From an uncultured bacterium (lineage in GTDB: Bacteria > Hydrothermota > UBA3073 > NMUJ01): DNA of 64,000 nt. The DNA lies in NCBI GenBank assembly GCA_965612795.1, contig CBFDTI010000001.1:1-64000 (forward strand). Direction: 5' to 3'. The position numbers and the translations under genes are program-made. Of this stretch, positions 30,573 through 40,069 are shown one piece after another. Numbering within the stretch: position 1 is the stretch's first letter; each line of letters opens with the position of its first letter. The notes under the pieces are model-generated. The model made no database searches and was not told where the DNA came from. It saw only the letters and a list, made by a program, of their open reading frames with translations.

Positions 30573-31496
30573 CCGTTTCCTCATAATATATGCATGTTCA
30601 CCATCAGGATAGTAGTTTAAACATGTTCTCTCAATTTCGAACCCCAACTTCTTATACAACCTCTGTGCGATACGGTTAGAGACTCTAACTTCAAGATAAA
30701 CCTCATATCCTTCATATTTGTTAAGCAATTTCCTCATCAACCTCTCACCCACCCCCATCCCCCTATAATCAGGATGTACCGCTATATTTGCTATGTGAAT
30801 TTTGTACCCATCTTCAACTTCAAACACCACATATCCAATGACTTGCCCCTCTTTTGTTGCCACCCATACGTATCTACCGTCACTACGGATGAAATATGCA
30901 AACGCCGCCATCGGCCATGGCATCTTAAATGACACCTTCTCTATCGCATGTATACGAGTAACATCCTCTATTGTTGCCTCCCTGATCTCAAACCCTATGA
31001 TCCTGTATAGTTTCGACTCACATATCGGACAGAACGTATCCATTTTACGGTCGGTATCGTAGATAGAGTTAGAAAAACACATCACACATTTTGTATCCCG
31101 ACAATGTTCCATCATGTGTAAATGTCCCACTTCATGCACCACTTCCTTACGTACACGTGCCAAAAATATCTGCGGTTCATCGTGTACTAACCTTGCCAAC
31201 GCCACCATCGCACGTCTACCCGCTACATCTGCTAACCCGAACACAAAGTTTAACCCCTCCACATACGCATCATATGGTAAAATACACAATTTATAATCCC
31301 CGTTTGCAGGTGGTGCTACCATCCCAAGCAATGCTTCCGCATTGTATTGCCCTCTATCCATATTGTAAATACTGTTAGGGATTTGAATCGGCTCCATCAC
31401 CTCCGTCACGGTGATGAAACGTTTCCTCAAGATTTTCTCAACCTCATCAATGGTGGTACGTTCGAAATATCTATCTACGGGGATGACAAATATCAT
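30561..31496 (-). CDS. fusion of archaemetzincin (M54) zinc protease and RimI-like N-acetyltransferase
   Basis: NFVFGLA, HEVGH....HC...CVM.FS...FCPIC; then NIAVHPDYRGMGVG, LEVRVSN..A..LY.KLGF, YYPDGE. Confidence 0.88.
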   Translation of the reverse strand: MIFVIPVDRYFERTTIDEVEKILRKRFITVTEVMEPIQIPNSIYNMDRGQYNAEALLGMVAPPANGDYKLCILPYDAYVEGLNFVFGLADVAGRRAMVALARLVHDEPQIFLARVRKEVVHEVGHLHMMEHCRDTKCVMCFSNSIYDTDRKMDTFCPICESKLYRIIGFEIREATIEDVTRIHAIEKVSFKMPWPMAAFAYFIRSDGRYVWVATKEGQVIGYVVFEVEDGYKIHIANIAVHPDYRGMGVGERLMRKLLNKYEGYEVYLEVRVSNRIAQRLYKKLGFEIERTCLNYYPDGEHAYIMRKRSLS

Positions 31497-32182
31497 CTAA
31501 CGATGACACTTTCCACATATTGCTTTAAGATTGGGACAAATGCTTCCACCTCATGTGGCAAGTATATTTTCCCCTCCTTGATACGTTCATCTAATGTCTT
31601 CACAGTATGCACTATCTGTAACACATAGCGTTTAGCACCCTTAATCCACTCACCTATCTTCTTTGCCTCCTCTGTGTTGAAAAACATCGGCAACACTGAA
31701 GTCCTAAACTCATAATCAATACCACTCTCCATTATCATTTTAATACTTTTGTCGATTTTTTCTATATCTACCGGCACACCTGCCACCTCTGCATACCTAT
31801 CTTTCGCCCCTTTTATGTCCATTGCAATAAAGTCTATCAACTTATCATTTATGAGCTGTGCCAACACCTCCGGGAACGCACCATTCGTATCAATCTTTAC
31901 AGGATACCCCTTAGACTTTGCTCTACGGATAAAATCTATTATCTCCTGATGTAGTAGCGGTTCACCTCCAGTTATTGCAATCCCATCTATGAGCCCCTTG
32001 CGACGTTCAAGGTACCTGAATACTTCCTCTTCATCGATATCAGGCAATTTCTCCCACCCTATGACAAGCTCCGGGTTATGACAGTATGGACACCTAAAGT
32101 TACACCCCCCTGTAAACACGATCGTCGCTATCCTGCCAGGAAAGTCTATCAAGCTCACTTTCTGCCATCCTTTAAATTTCAT
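31493..32182 (-). CDS. anaerobic ribonucleoside-triphosphate reductase activating protein (radical SAM)
   Basis: SLIDFPG, GCNFRCPYCHN, TGGEP, DTNG, MDIK, YEFRT. Confidence 0.88.
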   Translation of the reverse strand: MKFKGWQKVSLIDFPGRIATIVFTGGCNFRCPYCHNPELVIGWEKLPDIDEEEVFRYLERRKGLIDGIAITGGEPLLHQEIIDFIRRAKSKGYPVKIDTNGAFPEVLAQLINDKLIDFIAMDIKGAKDRYAEVAGVPVDIEKIDKSIKMIMESGIDYEFRTSVLPMFFNTEEAKKIGEWIKGAKRYVLQIVHTVKTLDERIKEGKIYLPHEVEAFVPILKQYVESVIVR

Positions 32183-32257
32183 CGTTTTAAAATATCCATC
32201 CCCTTCATTAGTCAATTAACTTCTTGTCATTTCATCATAACTGCTATCTTTAAACAT

Positions 32258-33763
32258 ATGGAACACTTACATCCGCTCGAGGTTAAAGTCTTACGCGTAT
32301 TTAAACAACATCAACAAATAGTTGAATCAAAAATCCCCGAACTCTCAGGTATCGATCCAAAACAACTACCAAAGGTCATCAGCTGGTTACTCACAAAAAA
32401 CTTACTCGAAGTTACCGCCGAAAACATCACCCGCAAAGTACGGTTAACTGAACTCGGTAAACAGTTTCGTGACACTGGTATACCCGAGCTACGTATCTTA
32501 GATGCTGTTAAAAAGGGTGCACGTCCATTATCCGAGCTACGTAAACTTGTAAGTGACGCCCTATTTGGTAAAGCCATCGGTAGGCTTAAGCAACTAGGTG
32601 CGATAACTATTACTGACGATAAAGCCTCATTTGTAAAACTACCGGATGAACTCACCAGCCTACAGAATATCTTAACCAAAATAGGTGATACAAGTTACCC
32701 ATGGGATAAACTATCACCCATGGAACAGGCTCTCATCACCCAATACTCACGTAAGCGTGGCAAACAACGTGGCATCTTCCGTGTCGACGAATACCGTGAC
32801 CGCATATTTTCACTCACTCCAACCGGCAAACAACTACTTACCCAGTTACCGGAAGAGATATCCGAAGAGATCTCACAGCTCACCCCCGACCTCCTACGTG
32901 ACGGTAGCTGGCGTACCTATAAGCTCAGGCCATATAATTTAATGCTACCCCCCAAACCCATCGTGGTAGGGCATCGTCACCCCTACTCACTATTTCTGTC
33001 CAAAGTACGTCAAAAGCTACTTGCGATGGGGTTTGAAGAGATGAAGGGCCCGCTCGTTGAGTACGAGTTCTGGAACATGGACGCCCTCTATATGCCACAG
33101 TTCCATCCCGCCCGTCAGATACACGACGTATATTTTGTAAAATCACCCAAATACGGCAAACCACTATCCCTACACATACTCGAAAGAGTAGCCGCCGTCC
33201 ATCGCAACGGCGCTGATACCGGGTCAAAGGGTTGGCGTTACGAATTCGATTACCAACGTGCACACAGGTTAATCCTCAGGAGCCAGGGTACTGCATTATC
33301 AGCACGTACACTTGCAAGCAACCCACACATCCCCGGTAAGTACTTCGCTATAGCCCGATGTTTCCGTTACGATAAAATTGACGCTTCACATTTACCTGAC
33401 TTCTATCAAATCGAAGGCATCGTCATCAGCCCACACGTAAACCTACGCACACTGTTGGGGTTGCTCAAACTATTTGCTGAGGAGTTCGCACGCACCACGG
33501 AGGTGGAGTTCCGTCCCGGCTATTTCCCATTTACTGAACCATCGGTTGAGCTACACGCCAAAATCGACAACAAATGGGTAGAACTCGGTGGTGCCGGCAT
33601 CTTCCGTAAAGAGGTAACCTATCCACTTGGGGTAGAGCTTCCCGTCCTCGCATGGGGGTTGGGCCTCGACCGTATGGCTATGTCTGCACTCGAAATAAAG
33701 GATATAAGATTGTTGTTTTCACGTGACCTTAGTTTCTTAAGACAAAGAGTTAAAAGACTATAA
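32258..33763 (+). CDS. pheS: phenylalanine--tRNA ligase alpha subunit, archaeal/eukaryotic-type long form
   Basis: 501 aa, N-terminal winged-helix-like region, FWNMDALYMPQFHPAR, GYFPFTEPS, AWGLGLDR. Confidence 0.95.
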   Translation: MEHLHPLEVKVLRVFKQHQQIVESKIPELSGIDPKQLPKVISWLLTKNLLEVTAENITRKVRLTELGKQFRDTGIPELRILDAVKKGARPLSELRKLVSDALFGKAIGRLKQLGAITITDDKASFVKLPDELTSLQNILTKIGDTSYPWDKLSPMEQALITQYSRKRGKQRGIFRVDEYRDRIFSLTPTGKQLLTQLPEEISEEISQLTPDLLRDGSWRTYKLRPYNLMLPPKPIVVGHRHPYSLFLSKVRQKLLAMGFEEMKGPLVEYEFWNMDALYMPQFHPARQIHDVYFVKSPKYGKPLSLHILERVAAVHRNGADTGSKGWRYEFDYQRAHRLILRSQGTALSARTLASNPHIPGKYFAIARCFRYDKIDASHLPDFYQIEGIVISPHVNLRTLLGLLKLFAEEFARTTEVEFRPGYFPFTEPSVELHAKIDNKWVELGGAGIFRKEVTYPLGVELPVLAWGLGLDRMAMSALEIKDIRLLFSRDLSFLRQRVKRL

Positions 33764-35382
33764 TGCCTACAATAGTTGTACACAAAGAAGATTTCCTTAC
33801 TCTGTTAGGTCACGTACCAGATACCGACGAGCTAGCACGTGCCAAATCCCAATTAGTCGACATATTAGATGACGAACTCAAGATAGAGATAGCAGATACC
33901 AACCGCCCCGATCTATGGAGTGCCGAAGGTATCGCACGTGAGCTATCAGGCCCCAAGGAGTACAGCTTCTTCGACACCTCCCCTCAATACGAGGTTATCG
34001 TCTCACCTGAAGTACTCGAAGTACGCCCCTACATAGGTGCGTTCCTCGTCAAAGACATAAAATTAACCGACATTTCGCTACGTAGTATTATACAAAGTCA
34101 AGAAAAGCTCAGCGACCTATACGGTAGAGGTAGACGTGACATAGCCATCGGCATATACGATGCATCAAAGATTGTCTTCCCCATACATTACCGTGGTGTA
34201 CACCCATCAGAGGTACGGTTCACGCCACTCGATATGACCGAGGAGCTATCACTCGATGAGATATTAGATAAACATCCAAAAGGCATCGAATACGGCCACC
34301 TAATCAAGTCGTGTAAATTCTATCCGTTACTTGTAGACAACGATAACAAGGTGCTATCGTTCCCCCCCATAATAAACAGCCGTTACATTGGTGAAGTCAA
34401 ACCCGCTCACACATATTTATTCTGCGAAACCACAGGCACTAACCTCGAAATGGTGCTACTCGTAACCAATATCCTTGCAACCAACTTCGCCGATCGTGGT
34501 GCCCAGATATTACCTATTTTGATAGTCTACCCCAACGGCAAGAAGGTCAAAACTCCCCAGGATATCAGCGAACCTTGGGAATTATCACCCCATGAGGTAC
34601 AGGAGCTGCTCGGCATCTCTTTAGATATGGACGAAATCCACTCCACTCTACGGGCTGCTAATTACAGGATTAAAGATGGCAAACTCTATCCTCCCCCTTG
34701 GCGTGCTGATATCATGAGTGTAGCCGATATAATCGAAGACATAGCAATACACCGTGGTTATAATACGTTTACACCAGTGGGATTGACGGATTTCACGGTA
34801 GGTCACTCCGCCCCTATTGAGGAGCTCATCGAAGATATCCGCAACATCATGGTAGGAATAGGGTTTGAAGAGATACTCTCACATGTACTCACATCAAAAG
34901 ATAACCTCATATACCGTATGAACCTACCCGAACGTAAAATCATAGAAATCGATAACGTCATGAGCTTATCCTATTCTGTTCTACGTGATACAATAATACC
35001 GTCACTGTTGGAGGTTGAATCCCTAAGCAGCAAATCACTATACCCACATAAGTTGTTCGAAGTAGGTGAAGTCGTAATTTACGATCCAGACTCACCTGAA
35101 TACTCCCGTACAGTGAACCATCTCGCTGCAATAGTAGCACATCCGCAAGCAAATTTCTCCGAAACACATAGCTATCTAAATGCACTATTTCATCAACTTA
35201 ACCTCACTTACAAAATAGAGCCAACCTCACACCCTTCTTACATATCCGGTAGGGTGGCCAAAATTCTCGTCAATAATAACGAAATCGGCATCATCGGCGA
35301 ACTACACCCGGAAGTACTTACCCGCTGGAACATTAAAATACCTGTAAGTGCATTTGAGATAGAAATAGATGCTATCGGTTAA
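33763..35382 (+). CDS. pheT: phenylalanine--tRNA ligase beta subunit, archaeal-type short form
   Basis: 539 aa, MPTI start, DTNRPDLWSAEGIAR, LSFPPIINS, GELHP; no OB-fold insertion or C-terminal FDX-ACB. Confidence 0.93.
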   Translation: MPTIVVHKEDFLTLLGHVPDTDELARAKSQLVDILDDELKIEIADTNRPDLWSAEGIARELSGPKEYSFFDTSPQYEVIVSPEVLEVRPYIGAFLVKDIKLTDISLRSIIQSQEKLSDLYGRGRRDIAIGIYDASKIVFPIHYRGVHPSEVRFTPLDMTEELSLDEILDKHPKGIEYGHLIKSCKFYPLLVDNDNKVLSFPPIINSRYIGEVKPAHTYLFCETTGTNLEMVLLVTNILATNFADRGAQILPILIVYPNGKKVKTPQDISEPWELSPHEVQELLGISLDMDEIHSTLRAANYRIKDGKLYPPPWRADIMSVADIIEDIAIHRGYNTFTPVGLTDFTVGHSAPIEELIEDIRNIMVGIGFEEILSHVLTSKDNLIYRMNLPERKIIEIDNVMSLSYSVLRDTIIPSLLEVESLSSKSLYPHKLFEVGEVVIYDPDSPEYSRTVNHLAAIVAHPQANFSETHSYLNALFHQLNLTYKIEPTSHPSYISGRVAKILVNNNEIGIIGELHPEVLTRWNIKIPVSAFEIEIDAIG

Positions 35383-36514
35383 CCACTTTATCAAAGATTG
35401 ATGCCAACTTACCCACAACATGTGCTGCCTGGAACCCCTCAATCGTACCTCTCCATGGGTAATTATCAGAGTAGAACGCATTGTAATACTTTAGTATCAA
35501 ACGTTTTATCCCATCAATATCGTCTGGATCCACTCCCTCACCCATACCATACTTTTCAACCAACTCACGTGCCCTCACCCCTCTGGGTGCTATCGCTATA
35601 ACTGGATGCGGCATACCCATATACTCGAACAACTTACATGTTATCATAAAGTGTGGCTCATACTTACCCACAAGCAACAGTAGCAACACACTGTTTTCGT
35701 AGAACCCCTTAATCCTATGATATGGCACATACGCGTAGTGTTTAATATACGGTCGTCGAGGCAGCGGTACCTCCAAATGCCCTACAAAGTTAACCTCTAT
35801 TTTATCGCTATCTATTTTACCTTCATCTATCAACTCATCGATCCCTTTAATAAATGTGTAGGGAGGTGCTAATTTACGTATCACCCCCGGATAGAGTATG
35901 GAGAATATCTCCATTTTAGGTACCTCTATAGTCATATCATATGGTGTAGGTATTATCTCAACCTTATCGTATCCATTGACATATTTGCGAAAAGTCTCAT
36001 CCAACACCACAATACGGTCGCTCACCCCATACACCCAGCGTTTAATCCAGTTATTGCTTACCCATGGGTCACGCAAGTCTATCACCAACGGCACCCCTGT
36101 TAACGTTTTCAAGATCGCCCCTATTATGAGGTCAGTCACTGGTGGTGAGGTTGCAAATATCAGCTCTATTCTTTTGCGTTTGATCATATCGTAACCTTTG
36201 TAGATTGCAAACGGTATCCACCCCATCTCCTTTTCTATCCATCGCAATAATTTAGGTCGTGCCTTACCACCGGTAAGTTGCGTAACACCCAAAAGTCTCA
36301 GTATCCGCAGCAGGTCGAGCGACTCAGTAAAACACACATCTTTAACAATGAGCAACGAACCATCATACGCATAGTAAGCACCAGGTTTGGGTGTCAAAAC
36401 AACCGGTTCGTATCCATATTCAGGAAGGTATTTCTCAAACCTCACCACCCTATGTACACCTGATAACCCCAATGGCGGGTGATAGTAAGCGATCAACAAC
36501 ACCCTACGCATCAT
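35372..36514 (-). CDS. glycosyltransferase (GT-B, family 4-like)
   Basis: AYYHPP...GVHR...F.KYL, ATSPP, DLRDPW, KLFEY. Confidence 0.85.
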   Translation of the reverse strand: MMRRVLLIAYYHPPLGLSGVHRVVRFEKYLPEYGYEPVVLTPKPGAYYAYDGSLLIVKDVCFTESLDLLRILRLLGVTQLTGGKARPKLLRWIEKEMGWIPFAIYKGYDMIKRKRIELIFATSPPVTDLIIGAILKTLTGVPLVIDLRDPWVSNNWIKRWVYGVSDRIVVLDETFRKYVNGYDKVEIIPTPYDMTIEVPKMEIFSILYPGVIRKLAPPYTFIKGIDELIDEGKIDSDKIEVNFVGHLEVPLPRRPYIKHYAYVPYHRIKGFYENSVLLLLLVGKYEPHFMITCKLFEYMGMPHPVIAIAPRGVRARELVEKYGMGEGVDPDDIDGIKRLILKYYNAFYSDNYPWRGTIEGFQAAHVVGKLASIFDKVVNR

Positions 36515-38577
36515 TTTGTAACAGCGAGCTTACCCCGTACCCAACGTCCATCAGCCAACTTAACAATAACTTGATAGACTCCCACCGGTATAGCATCCAA
36601 TTCCTTCACATGTATTATGGGGGAATCACCCTGTCCCGCAATAGAATATATTAACCTCCCACTCAACGTGTATAGATACATGGTTTGCCACACATAAGGG
36701 GTGACGATTGTCAACGTACTATGTTTACCCACAACAAAAGGATTAGGATATATTTCAACTTTCGTAATCTCCCAACTTGGTGACAACGTAACCTTTGATA
36801 TACCCCCACGTGTGGGTATCCACATTGAAAACCTCTCATTATCCCATACAATATCACGTGTAAAGTCCACATATTCCGAAGCCACCAACCCATCACCTAT
36901 TGTGTAATTAATGAGTTCACCTGAACTTGGGTTAAGTACACTCACACCCTGCATATTCACCAGCATCCAGATTCTACCTTCCCAATCCTCTTCCAACGCC
37001 AGTATGTCATTGCTTGGCAGGTCACTATTGGTTGAGGTGTACTCACCGATCACCTTACCATCTCTTATCCGGAATACACCCGCACGTGTAGCCACCCATA
37101 TATCACCAGCCCTATCACATATGAGGTCCGTAACCCATGTAGTGGGTAGCAGGTTGCTCAGTATTTCAAACCCTCCATCCTTATGTATACATGCAATACC
37201 ATACATGTGGCTACCTACCCACATATTTCCGTGACGATCCTCGGCAAACGCACCAGGTGTAACAAATTGCCACGTGTTGATAACCGAATCGTCCACAATC
37301 TCAAAGATATATCCACCATTTGTACCTACCCACAGGTGATCGTTTGCATCTACGTACATACCCCAAACTATATTTGAGCCACTACCTGGTAAATGGAACC
37401 TTTTTAAAGAATCACTTTCCGGGATATACTTTGCTAACCCTACATCATCACCCCAAAAGCTTATCCATAGGTTACCCTTACTATCACTCACGATATATCT
37501 TGCACGCTTAATTTCATCTTCCCCAGCAAGATAATGCGCATAATACCATTTACCTTCTACCTCATATATTCGGGTGATGGCAGGCTCCCATGCCGTAAAA
37601 TGTACCGCCCATATGTCACCGTTGGGGCTCAACGCTATACTGCTTGTGATATTGCTTACCATCGATGTAGGAAAACTATCCTTCAACAACGTATCCGTTG
37701 TCCAAGCTACCAACCCACATTTGAAACTACCCACCCATACTACACTATCTAAAATCACTAAATGGCCTTGCCCCCTTGGTGCATAAAGTAACGGCGTAAG
37801 TGATGGCCACCATGTACCGTTCCACTTTTTAACACCCCACCTCGTAGAAGCCAACAGCAAAGTATCACCCTTACAGAAATCGAACACCTCCGGATACGCA
37901 TTCACAAGTTGCGAACTTCCCCTTACATACATCACTATCCCAGAGTCTGTACCCACCCATAAAGTGTCATTACACCACTCCAATGCCGTAATCCTAGCTT
38001 CCCTAACTTCAACCGGTAGATCCGTCTTTGGTATCACATGCCAGCCGTTACCTTCAACATCCGTTACACCGATACCGTCTTCTGTACAGAACCACAACGA
38101 ATCGTTATGATAATAAACACGCAATACTTTATTATCCAACGGTACAGGTAGGTTCCAATAGCTTATTCTCTCAATATCGGATAAGTTAGCAGCAAGTTCC
38201 AATACCGTGACAGGTGCATCATCCTCAGTAGCTATCCATACTCTTCTACCTGCTACTGCCATTGAAGAGAACCTGTCACTTTGTGGTAACCCCTGTGCGT
38301 TCGTGTAACTGTACGATATACCATGCGTGAAGATTACCAACCCCTTACTACGTGTAAGACACCACACCCCAGACGAGTCTACAAATATATCCTGTACGTT
38401 ATTTTCGGTAAGCCCATCCACATTTGTTAAATGTTGTAACTCATCCGTATCAGGGTTATAAATTACCACACCACCCTCGGTTGCTGCATAAATACAAGTT
38501 TCGTAATGAAAAATATCATTCACTTTATAAGTAGAGAGAAAGCTCTCCCATACGATCCCCAATACAAACAATATCAT
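36511..38577 (-). CDS. two-component-regulator-type beta-propeller protein with C-terminal sorting domain (PorZ-like)
   Basis: AATEGG, DGL..N, D..GN.W repeats; C-terminus IYPNPF...YTLSGRLI...GVY.V....GKLAV. Confidence 0.7.
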   Translation of the reverse strand: MILFVLGIVWESFLSTYKVNDIFHYETCIYAATEGGVVIYNPDTDELQHLTNVDGLTENNVQDIFVDSSGVWCLTRSKGLVIFTHGISYSYTNAQGLPQSDRFSSMAVAGRRVWIATEDDAPVTVLELAANLSDIERISYWNLPVPLDNKVLRVYYHNDSLWFCTEDGIGVTDVEGNGWHVIPKTDLPVEVREARITALEWCNDTLWVGTDSGIVMYVRGSSQLVNAYPEVFDFCKGDTLLLASTRWGVKKWNGTWWPSLTPLLYAPRGQGHLVILDSVVWVGSFKCGLVAWTTDTLLKDSFPTSMVSNITSSIALSPNGDIWAVHFTAWEPAITRIYEVEGKWYYAHYLAGEDEIKRARYIVSDSKGNLWISFWGDDVGLAKYIPESDSLKRFHLPGSGSNIVWGMYVDANDHLWVGTNGGYIFEIVDDSVINTWQFVTPGAFAEDRHGNMWVGSHMYGIACIHKDGGFEILSNLLPTTWVTDLICDRAGDIWVATRAGVFRIRDGKVIGEYTSTNSDLPSNDILALEEDWEGRIWMLVNMQGVSVLNPSSGELINYTIGDGLVASEYVDFTRDIVWDNERFSMWIPTRGGISKVTLSPSWEITKVEIYPNPFVVGKHSTLTIVTPYVWQTMYLYTLSGRLIYSIAGQGDSPIIHVKELDAIPVGVYQVIVKLADGRWVRGKLAVTK

Positions 38578-38966
38578 TTACCCAGCTTATTACGTATGAA
38601 TTCTATCACCTGCTCTTTGTTGCCCCTAAACCTCACGTACATACCACGAAAGTTTTCCAACCTGTTGGGTTTATCAAACGGGCTAAGCAATACACCATAT
38701 TTATCGACATAGTAGCTTTTGATCGACTCCCAGCGCCTGAATTGTGTCACAAAGAACCCCTTTTTATAGACACCCCTGTCGTTCATTACATAGGTGGTTG
38801 GCAAAAAATACGACAATATATTTACAACAAGCAAAAACGTACCAAATAATGTCCACCACACTCCCCACGTATAGTAAAGACCAATCGCCAAAAACACAAT
38901 AAAAGCTATCAAATACGCTGTTTTACGTGGCTCCTCTTTAGCGGGTAACGACCGCCATTCTATCAT
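38574..38966 (-). CDS. hypothetical membrane protein
   Basis: two TM helices then FLPT.Y...GVLLSPF..P.RLENFRG; ATGA-coupled on both sides. Confidence 0.75.
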   Translation of the reverse strand: MIEWRSLPAKEEPRKTAYLIAFIVFLAIGLYYTWGVWWTLFGTFLLVVNILSYFLPTTYVMNDRGVYKKGFFVTQFRRWESIKSYYVDKYGVLLSPFDKPNRLENFRGMYVRFRGNKEQVIEFIRNKLGK

Positions 38967-40069
38967 AACTTAAGTTTATCAAACTCAGGTTTCAACATCT
39001 CATAGATTTTATCGAGTGCTGCTGATATCACCTTTGTATCACCAATTACTGGCATAAAGTTGGTATCCCCCAACCACCTTGGTACAATATGTACATGTAT
39101 ATGGTCGACCACACCCGCACCCGCCACTTTACCCACATTTATACCGATGTTGAACCCATGGGGATGCATCACCTTACGCAATATCTCCACAGAGGCTTGT
39201 ACTAAACGCCCAACCTCCACAAGCTCTTCCGGAGTCAACTCTGTCAGTTCACCAGTGTGACGTGTGGGTGCTACCATCAAATGTCCGTTATTATAAGGGA
39301 AGATATTCATGACAACAAAAGCCCGTTCACTACGATACAATACATAGCTCTTGGCCATATTTTTGAGCGCATCACAAAATATGCATCCCCCCTTGCGTGG
39401 CCCCGTTATGTACTCTATACGCCAAGGTGCCCACAACCTATGCGGTACTGTTGTCAACAGCTTTTCAGTTGTCTTAAAATGTAACTTCGCAACCTTACCT
39501 AATGCGTGTTCACCTTTTGTTAAGACAAATTCCTTACCTATCAGCTCCACTTCTGTAGACGCGCCCTTGGGTAACACCATACCTTCGCTCTCCGATAATT
39601 TATTTAATTGCTCCAAAAATGTAGCACGTGCCAAAAGTGACGCCAGCATCACCGCAAGATCCTCCTCCCCATGTGGATGTATCACCAACGGTACTCCTTT
39701 CGGGAAATACGATTTTATAAAATCCGGATCCGCAAACTGATCTATCACTATACGGTCGCAACTACCCACACTGTTAAGTAGCTTCATCACAACCCTACTA
39801 TGTAGCCATGCCAAGATATGGTTGAGGTTAGGTGTCCTACTATAGAGCTTATTGTATTCTGTAGGCGCCAGATAGCATATCTCATGTACACACAATTTTT
39901 TAATTTCCTGGCTCAGATATATAGCTTGTGCATCGGTTACCTTTTTGCTCTCCCTTATTGGTAGTTTCTTCAGTTCTGGTAGCTTCTCGTCATCCAAAAA
40001 TACTGCCGCAACTGCCAATCCACCAAAATAATCCCCCTTACCAGCTTCGTCACTACCTATCCATCTCAT
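38963..40069 (-). CDS. rnhC: fusion of ribonuclease HIII and HIT-family nucleotide hydrolase
   Basis: IGSDEAGKGDYFG, DQF, LPKGAS, AKLHFKT; then LWAPWR, CIFC, PYNNGH, HIHVHIVPRW.GDTNFM. Confidence 0.88.
   Translation of the reverse strand: MRWIGSDEAGKGDYFGGLAVAAVFLDDEKLPELKKLPIRESKKVTDAQAIYLSQEIKKLCVHEICYLAPTEYNKLYSRTPNLNHILAWLHSRVVMKLLNSVGSCDRIVIDQFADPDFIKSYFPKGVPLVIHPHGEEDLAVMLASLLARATFLEQLNKLSESEGMVLPKGASTEVELIGKEFVLTKGEHALGKVAKLHFKTTEKLLTTVPHRLWAPWRIEYITGPRKGGCIFCDALKNMAKSYVLYRSERAFVVMNIFPYNNGHLMVAPTRHTGELTELTPEELVEVGRLVQASVEILRKVMHPHGFNIGINVGKVAGAGVVDHIHVHIVPRWLGDTNFMPVIGDTKVISAALDKIYEMLKPEFDKLKL

Noticed and set aside
32078..32257. 60-aa N-terminal extension of pheS
   Set aside because: Overlaps the divergent radical SAM gene and the predicted promoter; ATG 32258 is preferred.
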